From Selaginella moellendorffii (lineage: Eukaryota > Plantae > Lycopodiophyta), in contig NW_003314268.1 of the NCBI RefSeq assembly GCF_000143415.4, positions 1,534,672 to 1,598,671 on the forward strand: DNA of 64,000 bases, in the 5' to 3' direction. Positions 1 to 10,687 of this stretch are shown here, piece after piece. The stretch's first letter is position 1. Each line of letters starts with the position of its first letter. The translations under genes were made by a program, and so were the position numbers. The notes under the pieces were generated by a model. The model was not told where the DNA came from and did not search any database. It was given only the letters and a program-made list of their open reading frames with translations.

Positions 1-61
1 AAATCATTCCAGAGAAACACATACGCACACAAAAAAACCGAAGAAGAGAACAAGTATGTAC

Positions 62-1814
62 CTGATAAGCTGCTCTCTTGAGCGTATGAACTCCACGTTT
101 TATAAGCTTTTGCCATCCAGTTTTCGCTCGTAAAGCTTTCACGAGTTCTTCTGTCCGCTGCCAAAGGACGTATCATCAACGAAACAGCAAAGCATAGCAA
201 AGTTACCTGTGATGGATCAAAAACTAAAAGGAACGCTTCTTCCGGCCCGCCTAGCTTCCTTCTTCTTTGAATCCCCACAATTGTCCTAGAATGCCCCTGA
301 TGCTGAAAGTAAAGAGGCCTGCAAGAGAAAAGTTTCAATGAGCACAGAGAAAATCTCATCAAAGAACACGCAAAGAAATACTCACGGTCGTCTGGAGATG
401 ATAACCAGCGGCTGGCGATTCTCTACATGGTCCCTGTCCTCCTCCGTGTAATAGTTCCACACCCAGTCCACAAGCCGCTGGTGATTATAATCCTCGAAGT
501 CACCCCCACAAGCCTTCGGCGATGGCTTTTCAATCCTCTCAAACTCATGCGACCGTCCTGGCTGATTTTTAAAGCACACGAAGCAGAGATCACAATCCTG
601 TTGCTTGCTGCTCGAGAACCTCGGACCACGAATCGGATACATCCCGCAAGAATCACAGTGAGCGTTCCAGTGCTGAACTATACCTCTCTCGGAGTCGTTT
701 TGCTGCCTTGGCCCGGCTCTCTTCGCAACCCTCTTGGATGGAACTTTACCACCGGTCGTTCTCGTCAGTGCCTTGAAGTCGACGATTCTAGCACGAACTC
801 CAAACAGTCTCAGCAGCGCAGCACACTCTGTCGTTCCAATCCATTTCTGCGAACCGTATATGGCACCGTTGAAGTGCTCGGCTCCATCCGAGTCGAATCC
901 TTTCGACCAGGCGATCTCGAGCCACTGCTGCAGAGCTGCTATCGTCGGCACAAACCCGGCTCCTCCAAACAAAGCTTTCCTGTAGGCTTCATCTCTCGCG
1001 AGGAGATAAGAGCTAAGCATCTGTATGTTCCGCCACCCGCAGCCCCATCCCAGATCATGGCTAGTGCTCTGATAATGATCGATGAAACTCGTAAGTGCGT
1101 AGGCCGAGGGCCTTTGCTGCTCGGCCACCACGCACTTGCGGAGAAGATCGATGAAGCCTTCTTCAACCGGAACAAAACTATCTCTTTCCTGCGAAGCTAT
1201 GACTGCCGGAATCTCCCACGGACAACCATCTCGAGAGCTGGATGGACGAGCAGCAAAGAACTGTTCCTGCTGTTGCTGCTCCTGCTGGCTACTGCTACCG
1301 GTATCTAGAGGATTCTCGACGAGCTGCCAGAGTCGAAAGTTTCAATCAAAACTGGCCAGAAAACTGGAAAAACAATTCGACTCACGAACAGTGCTCTTCT
1401 CACTCTTGGCACTCTCCCTTTCCGAGCAAAGTTACCTCAAAGTGTACCGACTGACGAGCATTCAAGGAAAACAATGAGCTCTCCCATTCTACCACACTAT
1501 TAAACAAGCGGTCCTAAAACACTGGAAACGTTAGCGAGAGAAAAGAAAAAAAAATGTAGAGAAGAACACAAAGAAAAACAAAAAAATGCGGGAGACAAGG
1601 ACGCACTCACTTGCGCTCGGGCAAACTCCTCGTCCCTCTCGATCTGCTCCTGATCCAGGTGCTCATTCACATGCCTGATACCCCAAAAATCGAATGAACG
1701 CCCACAACCGAAGCTAACTCGCGAGATCTTGGGATCTACTAGATCCCAAAAGCCCTGCGCTTACCGATCGAGATCGCCATCGTCCACCGCGCACCCGCAA
1801 ACGGGGCAGTCCAT
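62..1814 (-). CDS. ZUP1/ZUFSP (Mug105)-like peptidase C78 deubiquitinase with N-terminal UBZ finger and internal ZZ finger; 3' end runs off the left edge of the window
   Basis: Exons 1814-1765, 1674-1611, possible microexon 1450-1436, 1323-386, 318-207, 157-62, joined by GT-AG introns. N-terminus MDCPVCG..RHVNEHL..DEEFARAQ is UBZ/MIU-like. Catalytic motifs present: DLGWGCGWRNIQM (Cys), KWIGTTE, PLYFQHQGHSRTIVG (His), LLVFDP (Asp). Confidence 0.88.
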
Positions 1815-1989
1815 CGCTTCCCGCCCGCCAAGAGCCCTAAACCATTTCAAACCAGATGGCGATTCATAGTTCTTACCGTGCAAAATGTAACGTTTGCCGT
1901 ACATAAGGTTTCAAAGATAAGAATATCGCACGAATAATCATGTCGTACAACCCATCGATTAAGAATGTCCTTCGAACAATCATGCCGTA

Positions 1990-3516
1990 CTACCGCCCAA
2001 CCGATGGAGAGCGCATCAAGCGCGGGCTCTCGGGCGGCAAGCTTCCCTCCCTGCTGTTCCTCACCGCGTTCCTGGCCATCCTCGGCGTCCCCGGCGTCGT
2101 GCTCGCGCCATAGCTGGCCCGCAGCTTGGCATCCACCGACGCGCACGTCCTCGCGATGGTTTTGTTGACAAGCCTCTGCGCCGCGTCGGAGAAGTAGCCC
2201 CTGCCCGGGCTCCCCATGGCCGCCCCTCGAGCTGGCGATGGAGTGCTGTAAGGAGCGTGCCGGATCTTCGTCCTCTCGCGGATGTTCCTCGACGCCTCCC
2301 TCGAGAGGCTGTGAGCTCGAGTGTCCCGGACTGGCGGCGCTGGGATCTTGAAGTGAGGACCATCGCCGCTGCCACCAATCCCGACCGGAGTATCCTCCAT
2401 CTCCAGCCTCAGTGGAGTCCCCTCGATCTCTCCCCAAGTCACGAACGGCGAGGAGTCCACTCCTGGAGCTGGCGATGGCGTCGAGACGTAGCTGTATCCC
2501 GCCGTCCCGGCCTTGGGCGGAGGCTTGGCGTTGTCTCCGAGCTGTGGGGTCTTGCGGAGCTCCTCGAGATCATACCTCCTCCGCGCGGCCGGGTCGAGCG
2601 GCGTGGAAGATCCGTGGTGAGCAGGAGTGTAGAGCATCGAGAAGGACTCCTCCTCCGGGAGTTTCGCGTCGAAGATCTTCTCGTGGAAGCGAGTACTACG
2701 CAGGTTGACGGACTTTGGCGGACCGTGGAGGCGTTCTTCCTTCTCGGCCTCGGTGAGCGGAGCGTCGTCCCTTTGAGTCGAATCATACATGAGTAAGTTC
2801 TTGGGCGTGTAGCTCCAGGTATCCAGAGTACTGATCGGCTGGTTGGAAGTTCCATAGCCATCGGTCTGTCGATCCTTGTCGGTCAGCTGGAGCGGCTGCG
2901 TCGACGACGAGATCGCCAAGAACTTAAACTTCTCCTCCCGCCTCCTGTTCACCTTCTCGATGATCTTGGAGAAGCTCTCGTTGTCCTCGCTCGTGTACCG
3001 CCGCATGAACTCGTCCAGAGACACCGAGGTGTTGATCACCGTCCCCTGCTCATCCACCAAGCTCGAAGACGAAGATGGAGCTCCAGCAGTCGTGGATGGA
3101 GTAGCAAATCCTGGCGTTGGCATCACCGACCCTGGAGTAGCGAAAGTTCCTGTGTGGAACAAGGGCGTTCCATCCTTGCCGGACGGCCCAATCCCCCGTA
3201 GCCTCTGGATGATATTGAGCTGGGCCTCCCGCATCAGCACCGGATCACCGCTCCTCACCGCCTCGAGCCACTCGAGCTTGTTCTGGAGCTTGGGGATGTC
3301 CGGGAAGAAATCCCGCTCCACGATCCTCTCGATCGCGGCAACGTACGTGTCCTCGTCCAGCACTGCGTGAGATCGCTTCCTGGGCTTCCGTGGCGGCGGC
3401 GGCCCCATGATCGCCCTACCGGATGTCGTCGCCACGGCTCCATCCAAGCTCTGGACGCTCGGCGATGGAGAGGGGGGCACGATGAGCCGCGGCGAGTGCC
3501 CTGGAGACGCTAGCAT
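1990..3516 (-). CDS. ESS2: Splicing factor ESS2/DGCR14 (Es2) homologue, 508 aa, intronless
   Basis: Family motifs LDEDTYVAAIERIVERDFFPDIPKL, SLDEFMRRYTSEDNESF, KNLLMY, SPFVTWGEIEGTPLRL and FKIP. Confidence 0.92.
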   Translation of the reverse strand: MLASPGHSPRLIVPPSPSPSVQSLDGAVATTSGRAIMGPPPPRKPRKRSHAVLDEDTYVAAIERIVERDFFPDIPKLQNKLEWLEAVRSGDPVLMREAQLNIIQRLRGIGPSGKDGTPLFHTGTFATPGSVMPTPGFATPSTTAGAPSSSSSLVDEQGTVINTSVSLDEFMRRYTSEDNESFSKIIEKVNRRREEKFKFLAISSSTQPLQLTDKDRQTDGYGTSNQPISTLDTWSYTPKNLLMYDSTQRDDAPLTEAEKEERLHGPPKSVNLRSTRFHEKIFDAKLPEEESFSMLYTPAHHGSSTPLDPAARRRYDLEELRKTPQLGDNAKPPPKAGTAGYSYVSTPSPAPGVDSSPFVTWGEIEGTPLRLEMEDTPVGIGGSGDGPHFKIPAPPVRDTRAHSLSREASRNIRERTKIRHAPYSTPSPARGAAMGSPGRGYFSDAAQRLVNKTIARTCASVDAKLRASYGASTTPGTPRMARNAVRNSREGSLPPESPRLMRSPSVGR

Positions 3517-4046
3517 TCTTCCTATCGATCGACCCTAGTTACCTGTGTTCGCGCACAGAGGCAAGAACCCTAAAATCAGAGATCCCAAATTTTAGGGCTC
3601 TAGATATTTAAGTGGACAAAAGGCTAAGGAATCATTGTGCCCTAATTTAACATTAAACAAAAAGTGTAAGCTGTAGTACGGCGTGATTATTCGTAGTATA
3701 TCCGTTGCTTTTTGTTGTACGGTCTTATGTTCGTAAGAAACAAATTTCTTCGCTAAAAGCTCTCTAGAAATCATAGTGTTGCCGCAAGATGGAGCTCTTG
3801 AGTGAAGCTACATACAACTAAAAGCGTGACGACCCTCGATCGATCAACGAGTCTCTCGCACGCCAGTGACAACATCATCTCTCCACGATTGGAATGGACA
3901 TCCCAACGCACGACCCGCTCGTCTCGTCCACGCCACACCACCAGCGATGGCGGCTTCCAAGTCTCAGGCGGAGGGTCCCTTATAAAGCTCCCGGCTCTAA
4001 ACCAGCGAAGAAATCCAGATTCCAGATCCAGCGCCAGAGAGATCTC

Positions 4047-4694
4047 ATGGCGGCTCCGGCAACCAGTGGAAGTTCCAGCCTCCTCATCGCTCCTCCTAAA
4101 GCGGAAGATCGCCAAGAACACGTAGACGAAGATGTCAAGGAGTTTGACGACTTGATCGCTAGATCTCTCGCTAGCGCGCTCCGCGGATCGGCCGACCTCG
4201 CCAACATGCTTCCAACAGGCACGCTGCTTCTCTTCCAGACCTTGGATCCGATCCTCCGGCGAGCTGGGAGCTGCCAGGACAAGACTTTGAGTGCCGCCTT
4301 CCTCATCGTTTGCAGCGTTGTGTGCTTCGTCCTCTCATTCACGGATAGCTTCGAGGCGCCCAATGGGAAAGTCTACTATGGATTCGCGACCTTCCGCGGG
4401 ATGTGGACTCCGCAGATCGAGCAGCCGTGCCCTGGCGTGGATCTCTCCAAGTTTAGGATCACTGTTGGTGATTTCGTCCATGCCTTTCTCACGGTTTATG
4501 TGTTCCTCACGACCAGTGCCTTCTCCACCGATGTTGCGAGTTGCTTCTTCACGGTCCCGGACGAGGTTGTGAGAGCCGCGCCTTCCATCACGGCCTTCCT
4601 CGTGAGTAGTGTGTTCTTGTTATTCCCAACAACGAGACATGGAATTGGATTTCCTGTGAAGCCTCCAAAGACTACCGCATCCTCCAAAGCATGA
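4047..4694 (+). CDS. DMP: DMP (DUF679) membrane protein, copy 1
   Basis: Motifs LANMLPTGTLLLFQ, SFTDSF..NGKVYYGFATFRG, DFVHA, FPTTRHGIG. ATG 4047 is preferred over 3894 because a TATA box (TATAAA) lies at about 3981. Confidence 0.88.
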   Translation: MAAPATSGSSSLLIAPPKAEDRQEHVDEDVKEFDDLIARSLASALRGSADLANMLPTGTLLLFQTLDPILRRAGSCQDKTLSAAFLIVCSVVCFVLSFTDSFEAPNGKVYYGFATFRGMWTPQIEQPCPGVDLSKFRITVGDFVHAFLTVYVFLTTSAFSTDVASCFFTVPDEVVRAAPSITAFLVSSVFLLFPTTRHGIGFPVKPPKTTASSKA

Positions 4695-5583
4695 CCTTTA
4701 GCTGCATTGGAAAGTTCACTCTTATCTAAGATATTTGTTTCTTGAGAGCCAATTCCATGATTATATTGATTCATTCAATGTTTCAGATATCAAAATAAAA
4801 TGTTCTTGTATTAAATAGTTATTTTATTTACTATTATATTCCCTAAGATTCTCTTATTATATCTTCCCCACCAAAGCATGATCTTCACTTAGGTTAAAAG
4901 TCCACGAGCGATTATTTGTTCTATGTGAAAGAAGTCCAAATTGATTTGAAGGCGAAATAGTGTTCAACAATCAATCTCCACCTTTAATATGAATTAACAT
5001 TTAAGTTTGGCGTTATTTAATCAGTTGAAAATCTGATCAAATCTCGAGTTTTGTGTTCGAATATCAGGGCTACCAGTTTCTCGAGAGGAACTTCCCCAAA
5101 AGCCAAGAAAAAAGAGCTTCTTTCCTTCTGATTACAGGCAAAGTCCAGCCTATAACGCACGACTCCGGAGCTCGATACGCAACGCAAAAAATTTGGAGAA
5201 AACGTGCGGGCAAATTCTTTCCTTGCTTTCGGGCTTTTTGGCTTCCTCTCTTCAAGTTTACTCAAGGGACTCTCGTTTTGCTCCTATCGATCTTGTCATC
5301 TCCTGGGCAGAGATTACAAATACCAGGAACATGTGATCTCTTTTTGGGAGTGATCTCGTTATCTACAAAAAATTCTCATCTCGATCAGGTGAGCACGCTA
5401 TTCGATCATTCGATGGTCTTTTCGTGAGTTTCTCGGGATCAAATTTCTCTTCTTCTGTTCTTTCAATGGTCTCGTTTCTTGATTCCATCATTAGCTAGCG
5501 GGCTCCTCAAAGATCAAAGTGTTCCAATTGGGTCTTTCGGGACAACGCCATTCTTTAGGAGAATCAAACATCCAAGATCATCC

Positions 5584-6291
5584 ATGGACAATGCCGGGGT
5601 GACGCAGAGGCTCCTCCCAACCAGCGGAGCCCCGACTTCCTCGTCGTCTCCACCGGACGATCACGATCACGCCACCGACGACGAGAAGCTCAGCGACGAC
5701 ATCAAGGAATTCCAGAACTTCATCTCGAGGACGCTCACCACCGCCCTCCACGGCTCCGCAAATCTGGCAAACATGCTCCCAACAGGCACCGTCCTCTTCT
5801 TCCAGATGCTCGACCCAATCCTCTTCCGCGCCGGATCCTGCGAGAACAAGCTCCTGAGCGCGATCTTCCTCCTCGTCTGCGCGATCCTCTGCTTCACGCT
5901 CTCCTTCACGGACAGTTTCCAGGCCCCGAATGGGAAGGTCTACTACGGCCTCGCAACATTCCGAGGCCTGTGGACTCCCCAGATCCAATGCACCATCAAT
6001 CTCTCCCAGTACCGGATCAGGTTCTCGGACTTCGTCCACGCATTGCTCGCGGTGTTTGCGTTCATGACCACCACCACCTTTTCCACCGACGTTGTCAGCT
6101 GCTTTGTCAAGGTGCCCGACTCGTTCGTCGGATCGGCCCCGGCGCTCTCGGGCTTCCTCGTCAGTGCCGTGTTCTTGTACTTCCCCACGAACAGACACGG
6201 GGTGGGATTTCCACTCACACCGCCGGGAACTTCTCCTCCTCCTCCTCCTTCAACGGAGACCGGTTCTTCTACGGCAAATAAAACTGTTTGA
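5584..6291 (+). CDS. DMP: DMP (DUF679) membrane protein, copy 2
   Basis: Same motifs as copy 1 (LANMLPTGT, DSFQAPNGKVYYGLATFRG, DFVHA, FPTNRHGVG). ATG at 5584; probable 5'UTR intron at 5389-5558 (CAG|GTGAGC...TTTAG). Confidence 0.88.
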   Translation: MDNAGVTQRLLPTSGAPTSSSSPPDDHDHATDDEKLSDDIKEFQNFISRTLTTALHGSANLANMLPTGTVLFFQMLDPILFRAGSCENKLLSAIFLLVCAILCFTLSFTDSFQAPNGKVYYGLATFRGLWTPQIQCTINLSQYRIRFSDFVHALLAVFAFMTTTTFSTDVVSCFVKVPDSFVGSAPALSGFLVSAVFLYFPTNRHGVGFPLTPPGTSPPPPPSTETGSSTANKTV

Positions 6292-6479
6292 AACAGTGCA
6301 AGCTTGGAAATCTGGACAGAATTCTTAGAATTTCCATCAAAGTTCTTGGTATTTTGGGATTTTCTTGTGTGATACCGATCTATTTCAAGGTGAGCGTCCT
6401 ATATATTGTTTCGGCAAATCTCAGTGTCGGTTTGGAATGATCCGCACGAAAAGGTCCAGTGTATAGTCATAGAAACTCC

Positions 6480-6900
6480 ATGCCACACTGTGGAAAAGCC
6501 GTAACATTTCTGAAGTTTTTGCCAGGCATCTCCAGTACTGCTGGATTTACTGGAATTCGTGCTCTATGGGAAAGGAGGAGATTGGATGGCGCCTCACACC
6601 ATACCTGGAGATGCCTGGCGGAAACCTTGGGGAAGCTCTAAATTACAGCCCTTTGTTATCAGCTGAAATCTCACTTAATCCATCATTGACCTTCTTTAGC
6701 CGATTGTCCCACAAATCTTTCAGTGTATTTTCATGGATCTCTTGCTCGATTGTCCTTCATATATGGATAGCTAGTTGAATTCTACTGCAGAAATGTTAGG
6801 TAAGAGAAGGTTAAGGATGGATTATGTACGTGAGGTTTCAGCTGGTAGTGGAGACGGACATTGACAAGAACTTCCAGAGCTTCATCCTAGACATTTCCTC
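6480..6900. repeat. Fold-back element with nested inverted repeats (MITE-like or hairpin RNA)
   Basis: Perfect 15-bp inverted repeat at 6521-6535/6605-6619 (GCCAGGCATCTCCAG). Imperfect ~38-bp inverted repeat at 6661-6696/6805-6843. Weaker outer complementarity between ~6506-6545 and ~6837-6880. Confidence 0.6.
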
Positions 6901-7304
6901 CAGCCGCAGGAGCAGCAGTCTCAGTTGTAGAAGCAGGGTTGACGGTTTTTTGCTAACAATCTCATTGGTGTTACATCAAAGGTAAAGTCGTTCAAAGCTT
7001 TAGGAGAACACATGTTGCTCATATCTTGTCTAGACTGAATGTCGCTTCCAAAACCTTGTAACTCAACTTGGAACGAAGGATTCTCGCTGTTTAAAATGGC
7101 CAAAACTATAGCGTGACCTTTCCCCATGTTGATCAAATAGTGAAGAACTCCAAGAATCTATCTATATGTTATTTTTTGAGAGTCTCGTGGTGCCCACCTT
7201 GAAGCGTGAGACTGATGGATGCAAAAATGCAATTTGGATTATCCATGCCGTGTCTTATTTGTCTCTTTTCCTAGCAACAGTAAATATCAAGAGAGTTTGC
7301 GACA

Positions 7305-7971
7305 ACAGAACTTTCTCAAGTATGTCATAGTTTCAAGCTTGGGAAAACTCAGGGTTCCTGGCAAAATGAGATGAACGCTTTTGCTTGTTTAAATGAGAAT
7401 TTGTTCCACGTAAACTCCTTCCACTCAGCCGACTCGGGATCCAGCTCCAGCAGCTCAGATCAAACAGCTCCGAAATCGGCATCACTTCGGCATCACCCAC
7501 ATGAATATCCTGAACATCATCGGCCGCCTCCCCAGCTCCAGCAGCACGATCCAAAGCTATAAACGTCCAACTCCCGCGTTAGTGGCCCGAGACGGTTTCT
7601 TCCGGCCAATTAATAATAATTTTCAATTCTACTATAATAGACGACATCGATTTGCCACTGCTCCTGAAAGAGAGCAGTTTTTGCGATTCCAACTATGCTT
7701 GATTGAATTTTACACAAGTAAAACTGAAAAGGAAAGGGTGGAGACCATCCACCTTCTTGCATCAGAAAATACTATTTGGAAAATACAGCTCCTAACATTT
7801 TCAAGAAAACCAAAAACTAAAAGAAAAAGAAAAGAAAATTGTAATATATTTATCTTTTCTTCAGATTGGATTTTGGGATGACAGAACTTTCTCAAGTATG
7901 TCATAGTTTAAAAAACTCAAAATTCCTGGCAAGATGAGATGAACGTTTTTGCTTGTTTAAAATGAGAATTT
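7305..7971 (+). repeat. ~95-bp direct repeats (7305-7402 and 7881-7971); the 3' part recurs at 13853-13897
   Basis: ACAGAACTTTCTCAAGTATGTCATAGTTT...CCTGGCAA(A/G)ATGAGATGAACG.TTTTGCTTGTTTAAA(A)TGAGAATTT occurs twice; GGCAAGATGAGATGAAC..TTTTGCTTGTTTAAAATGAGAATTT also sits just 3' of the LRR-RLK. Confidence 0.85.
7412..7606 (-). pseudogene. Frameshifted fragment of the LRR-RLK kinase C-lobe
   Basis: Aligns to 14225-14447 (AAACTCC.CCACTC.GCCGACTC.GGATCC..., CAGCTCCAGCAGCACGATCC.AAGCT.TAAACGTCC) with indels; translation includes PISELFD. Confidence 0.85.
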
Positions 7972-8149
7972 CAACATAAGTCCATGTTGATGACCCGCAG
8001 CAGCTTATCCCAGACTTGATATGGACTTCTTATGGATTTATGAAGACCTTATGTAACCCACCGAAATCTATGAAGATCTTTTCGAATTGGTTTTCATGTA
8101 CTTGAGAAAATGATCATCCCTGCTGGTCACCAAGTTGATAACTATGCGG

Positions 8150-8375
8150 GAGCCTAACCTAGACTTGATACCAACAGAAGACAGGTAGCCACTAGAAGAT
8201 TCCGGCAGCTCAAAGTTGATGACATGCACGACCTGGAGGATATCTACATTGATCACCAGCACCTCGAACTGTCCATCTAGAAAATCACAATTGATGTTCC
8301 CAACGACTCCCTGATCCATGCTGTTGTGGGTGGCACAGACGCTGCGCTCCCTTTGACGAAGCTCCCTGAATAATT
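8150..8375 (+). mobile_element. Possible retrotransposon gag remnant
   Basis: Translation FRQLKVDDMHDLEDIYIDHQHLELSI*KITIDVPNDSLIHAVVGG loosely resembles the Retrotrans_gag pattern and contains stops. Confidence 0.3.
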
Positions 8376-9040
8376 CATCTACAGTGCTTGAGCTGTTGCA
8401 TGCCACAGCAATCTGTCCTACGGAGCCTCTCCCATAGACAGCACAACACTTCAGCTTTGTCCTTGTCCTCAACTGTAAGGTAGAATAGCCATGAAAGGCA
8501 TCAGACAGTCCTATCTACTGCTGGTGTGGAGTTGGGGACGTGCAGGTTCAAGGATGGGAAGCAACTCATCACAAAGGTTTGTGGTGGCAGTGAGGTACTC
8601 ACAAAGTCGCTGGTGTTGCCGTTACTGGAGGAAGAGAGGGAGGGGTAGCTCAAAAATTGAGGAGTGGTTCCTTGTCCCGTTGTTGTTTGTATGCAGTGCA
8701 CTGCAGAGTGAAGTGGAGGATGGTTTCAATGTCTTTGGCGCATAAATAATAGATCTGGTCCTCCCAGGGTAACTTGCATCCCTCCCAATTACCAGCTTCT
8801 GAGTGCAGGTGATGTTGTCCTGTTTGATAGCATGCCAGGATTCTGTATCTGTAGTGGTGTTGTCCCAAAGATCAGTAGATAACAATACCGATAAGCCGTT
8901 ACAGGTTGATGGCCGTGCTGGAATTTTGGTGAGTAGTGCATATGAGATTGAGGATGTATTGTATTGTGTTTTTCCACACTTGGAGTTCAATGAGGAGCAA
9001 GCCAATTAGGATCCCAATTGCCACTTTGTTGCAACCAAAT

Positions 9041-9310
9041 TCAATATTCAAGAACCAACCATGTTATTCGTGGTAGTTCAGGGCCCCAAACCTCCCCAGC
9101 ATATGTGAGGATAGTGATCACTTTTGTGTGGTAATACTGTCTACATTCATCCCATCCAAAAATACCAGCTTGCTTAAGGTCACTCTGGGGTGAGTAATAT
9201 GCTCTTGTGGCTGCTTGGATGCGTTCTATTGTCTCGACCTTCCAGGGATTCTTTTGGCAGACTATATACCCAAGGTATTTATAATTTTCTACTTTGACCA
9301 GCAAGTGATG
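9041..9310 (-). mobile_element. Non-LTR retrotransposon (LINE, RTE-like) ORF2 fragment, C-terminal part of reverse transcriptase
   Basis: KVENYKYLG...ERIQAATRAYY...YYHTKVITILTYAGEVWG matches the LINE pattern V..FKYLG...RI..A..AF...Y...I.P.L.YG.E.W. Confidence 0.7.
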
Positions 9311-10687
9311 TTGGTAATAAAGGTCATTGTCGTCACTTCTGTGTTGCAGATGGCCAAATACCATAACTTGTGTTTTCGTAGTAGTGCAGCAGAAGGTTGC
9401 AAGCAAGTCTCACACCTGCAAAAGGTGCCTCACACCTAGAACTGTTAATTCCGAAAGACAACAAGACCTCAACCTAGACCTAGACAGTTCTGGTTTGCAT
9501 CTCCTAAGGTGTTGAAGCAGTGCATTGAAGCCATAGTGCATTTCTTTGCAGTGAACACCAATCTGAGCTCAGTGACATCAATTGCCATTAATTAAAGGGA
9601 TGACACCAGAGGATCAAAATTCCGAGGTATATCAGAGGGACTAGGACACAAATGCCTTCAGAAGCACCTGCTTTGTCATTTTTTATGGCTCCCGCCTGAA
9701 TTGAATAAAACCTAGAACTTTGCAGCTACGAAAAGGGCATGACATATTTGGGCTTAAATGTGAGCTAGCCAATTGGCTTGGAGAATGGCGGAGCTGGTGG
9801 CCTCTATTTTGGTAAGATGGTTGACAATAAGGTCGCTAGTAGTGGTCCCCCCCCCTGGCTGGTGCCCCCTCTCGGTCTGTCTTGCGCTTGGCATGGGGGA
9901 GGCACTTCAACACTGACATGATCTATAGGAGACATCTATATTTGCTTCTACTTCAAATTGAGACACAAGTAGAGTAGCTTAACCAGAGGGTGGTATGCCT
10001 GATTTTTGTATTAGTCCCTTTGGGACATTAGAAGATGTACATATATGTTCATTAAACACAAATTAACCTCTTAGATCACTTGGACTAAGAGTGTAGTGAT
10101 GAACTCAATCAATTGGAGTGTAGAAGCAAAACATTTCTTTGTGTCTTTAAGGCATTGAGTGTGGTGGTTTTTGGCCGTGAGCAGTCATGGTCTACTGCCT
10201 CCTAGATCAAGACACTAACTTCCATGAATTGGCAACTAATACCATCCACTCGTCCACTGCATCACAGATCTTGCTGCTACTCCTTCTGAACAATGCAAGT
10301 AGTGGCAGCAGCCACACAAGCAACAGGTGTACCCACTAGAAATAAGTTTATATGTCATTGCCATGAACCCTAAGACCAGCTTCAAGAAATATAACAAAAA
10401 ATAATAATGCCTTTTTTTGAGTGCTTAGGATATATACTGTATTTACCTTATGATATTATATATGTATATATATTTACAGAACATACACTTTAAATTGTAA
10501 CATAGATATGGATAAATTAGAATTTAGAAATAAATGATTGATAACTGTTTTTTGAATTTTACTTCAACGTGATAATTTGATAAATCACATGATTTCAAAC
10601 TTAATTTATATGAAGCTTTTTGGTTTTCTTGGGATGGTAGTGAATACACCTAGAATATGGTTGGATAATCTAGAATATTTTACCATC

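Noticed and set aside
427-1308. 293-aa + strand ORF and other long antisense ORFs over ESS2, the DMPs, the RLK, the reductase, the OMT and the BAHDs
   Set aside because: These are shadow ORFs opposite well-supported GC-rich genes and carry no motifs of their own.
3894-4046. Longer N-termini from the ORF track (DMP1 3894, DMP2 5479, OMT 32755, BAHD 53506, DnaJ 23413)
   Set aside because: These starts are non-ATG, lie upstream of the TATA box, or fall in a probable intron; the downstream ATGs fit the family N-termini.
9845-9905. GC-rich short hairpin considered as a Helitron 3' end or terminator
   Set aside because: The stem is imperfect and no CTRR terminus follows at the expected distance.
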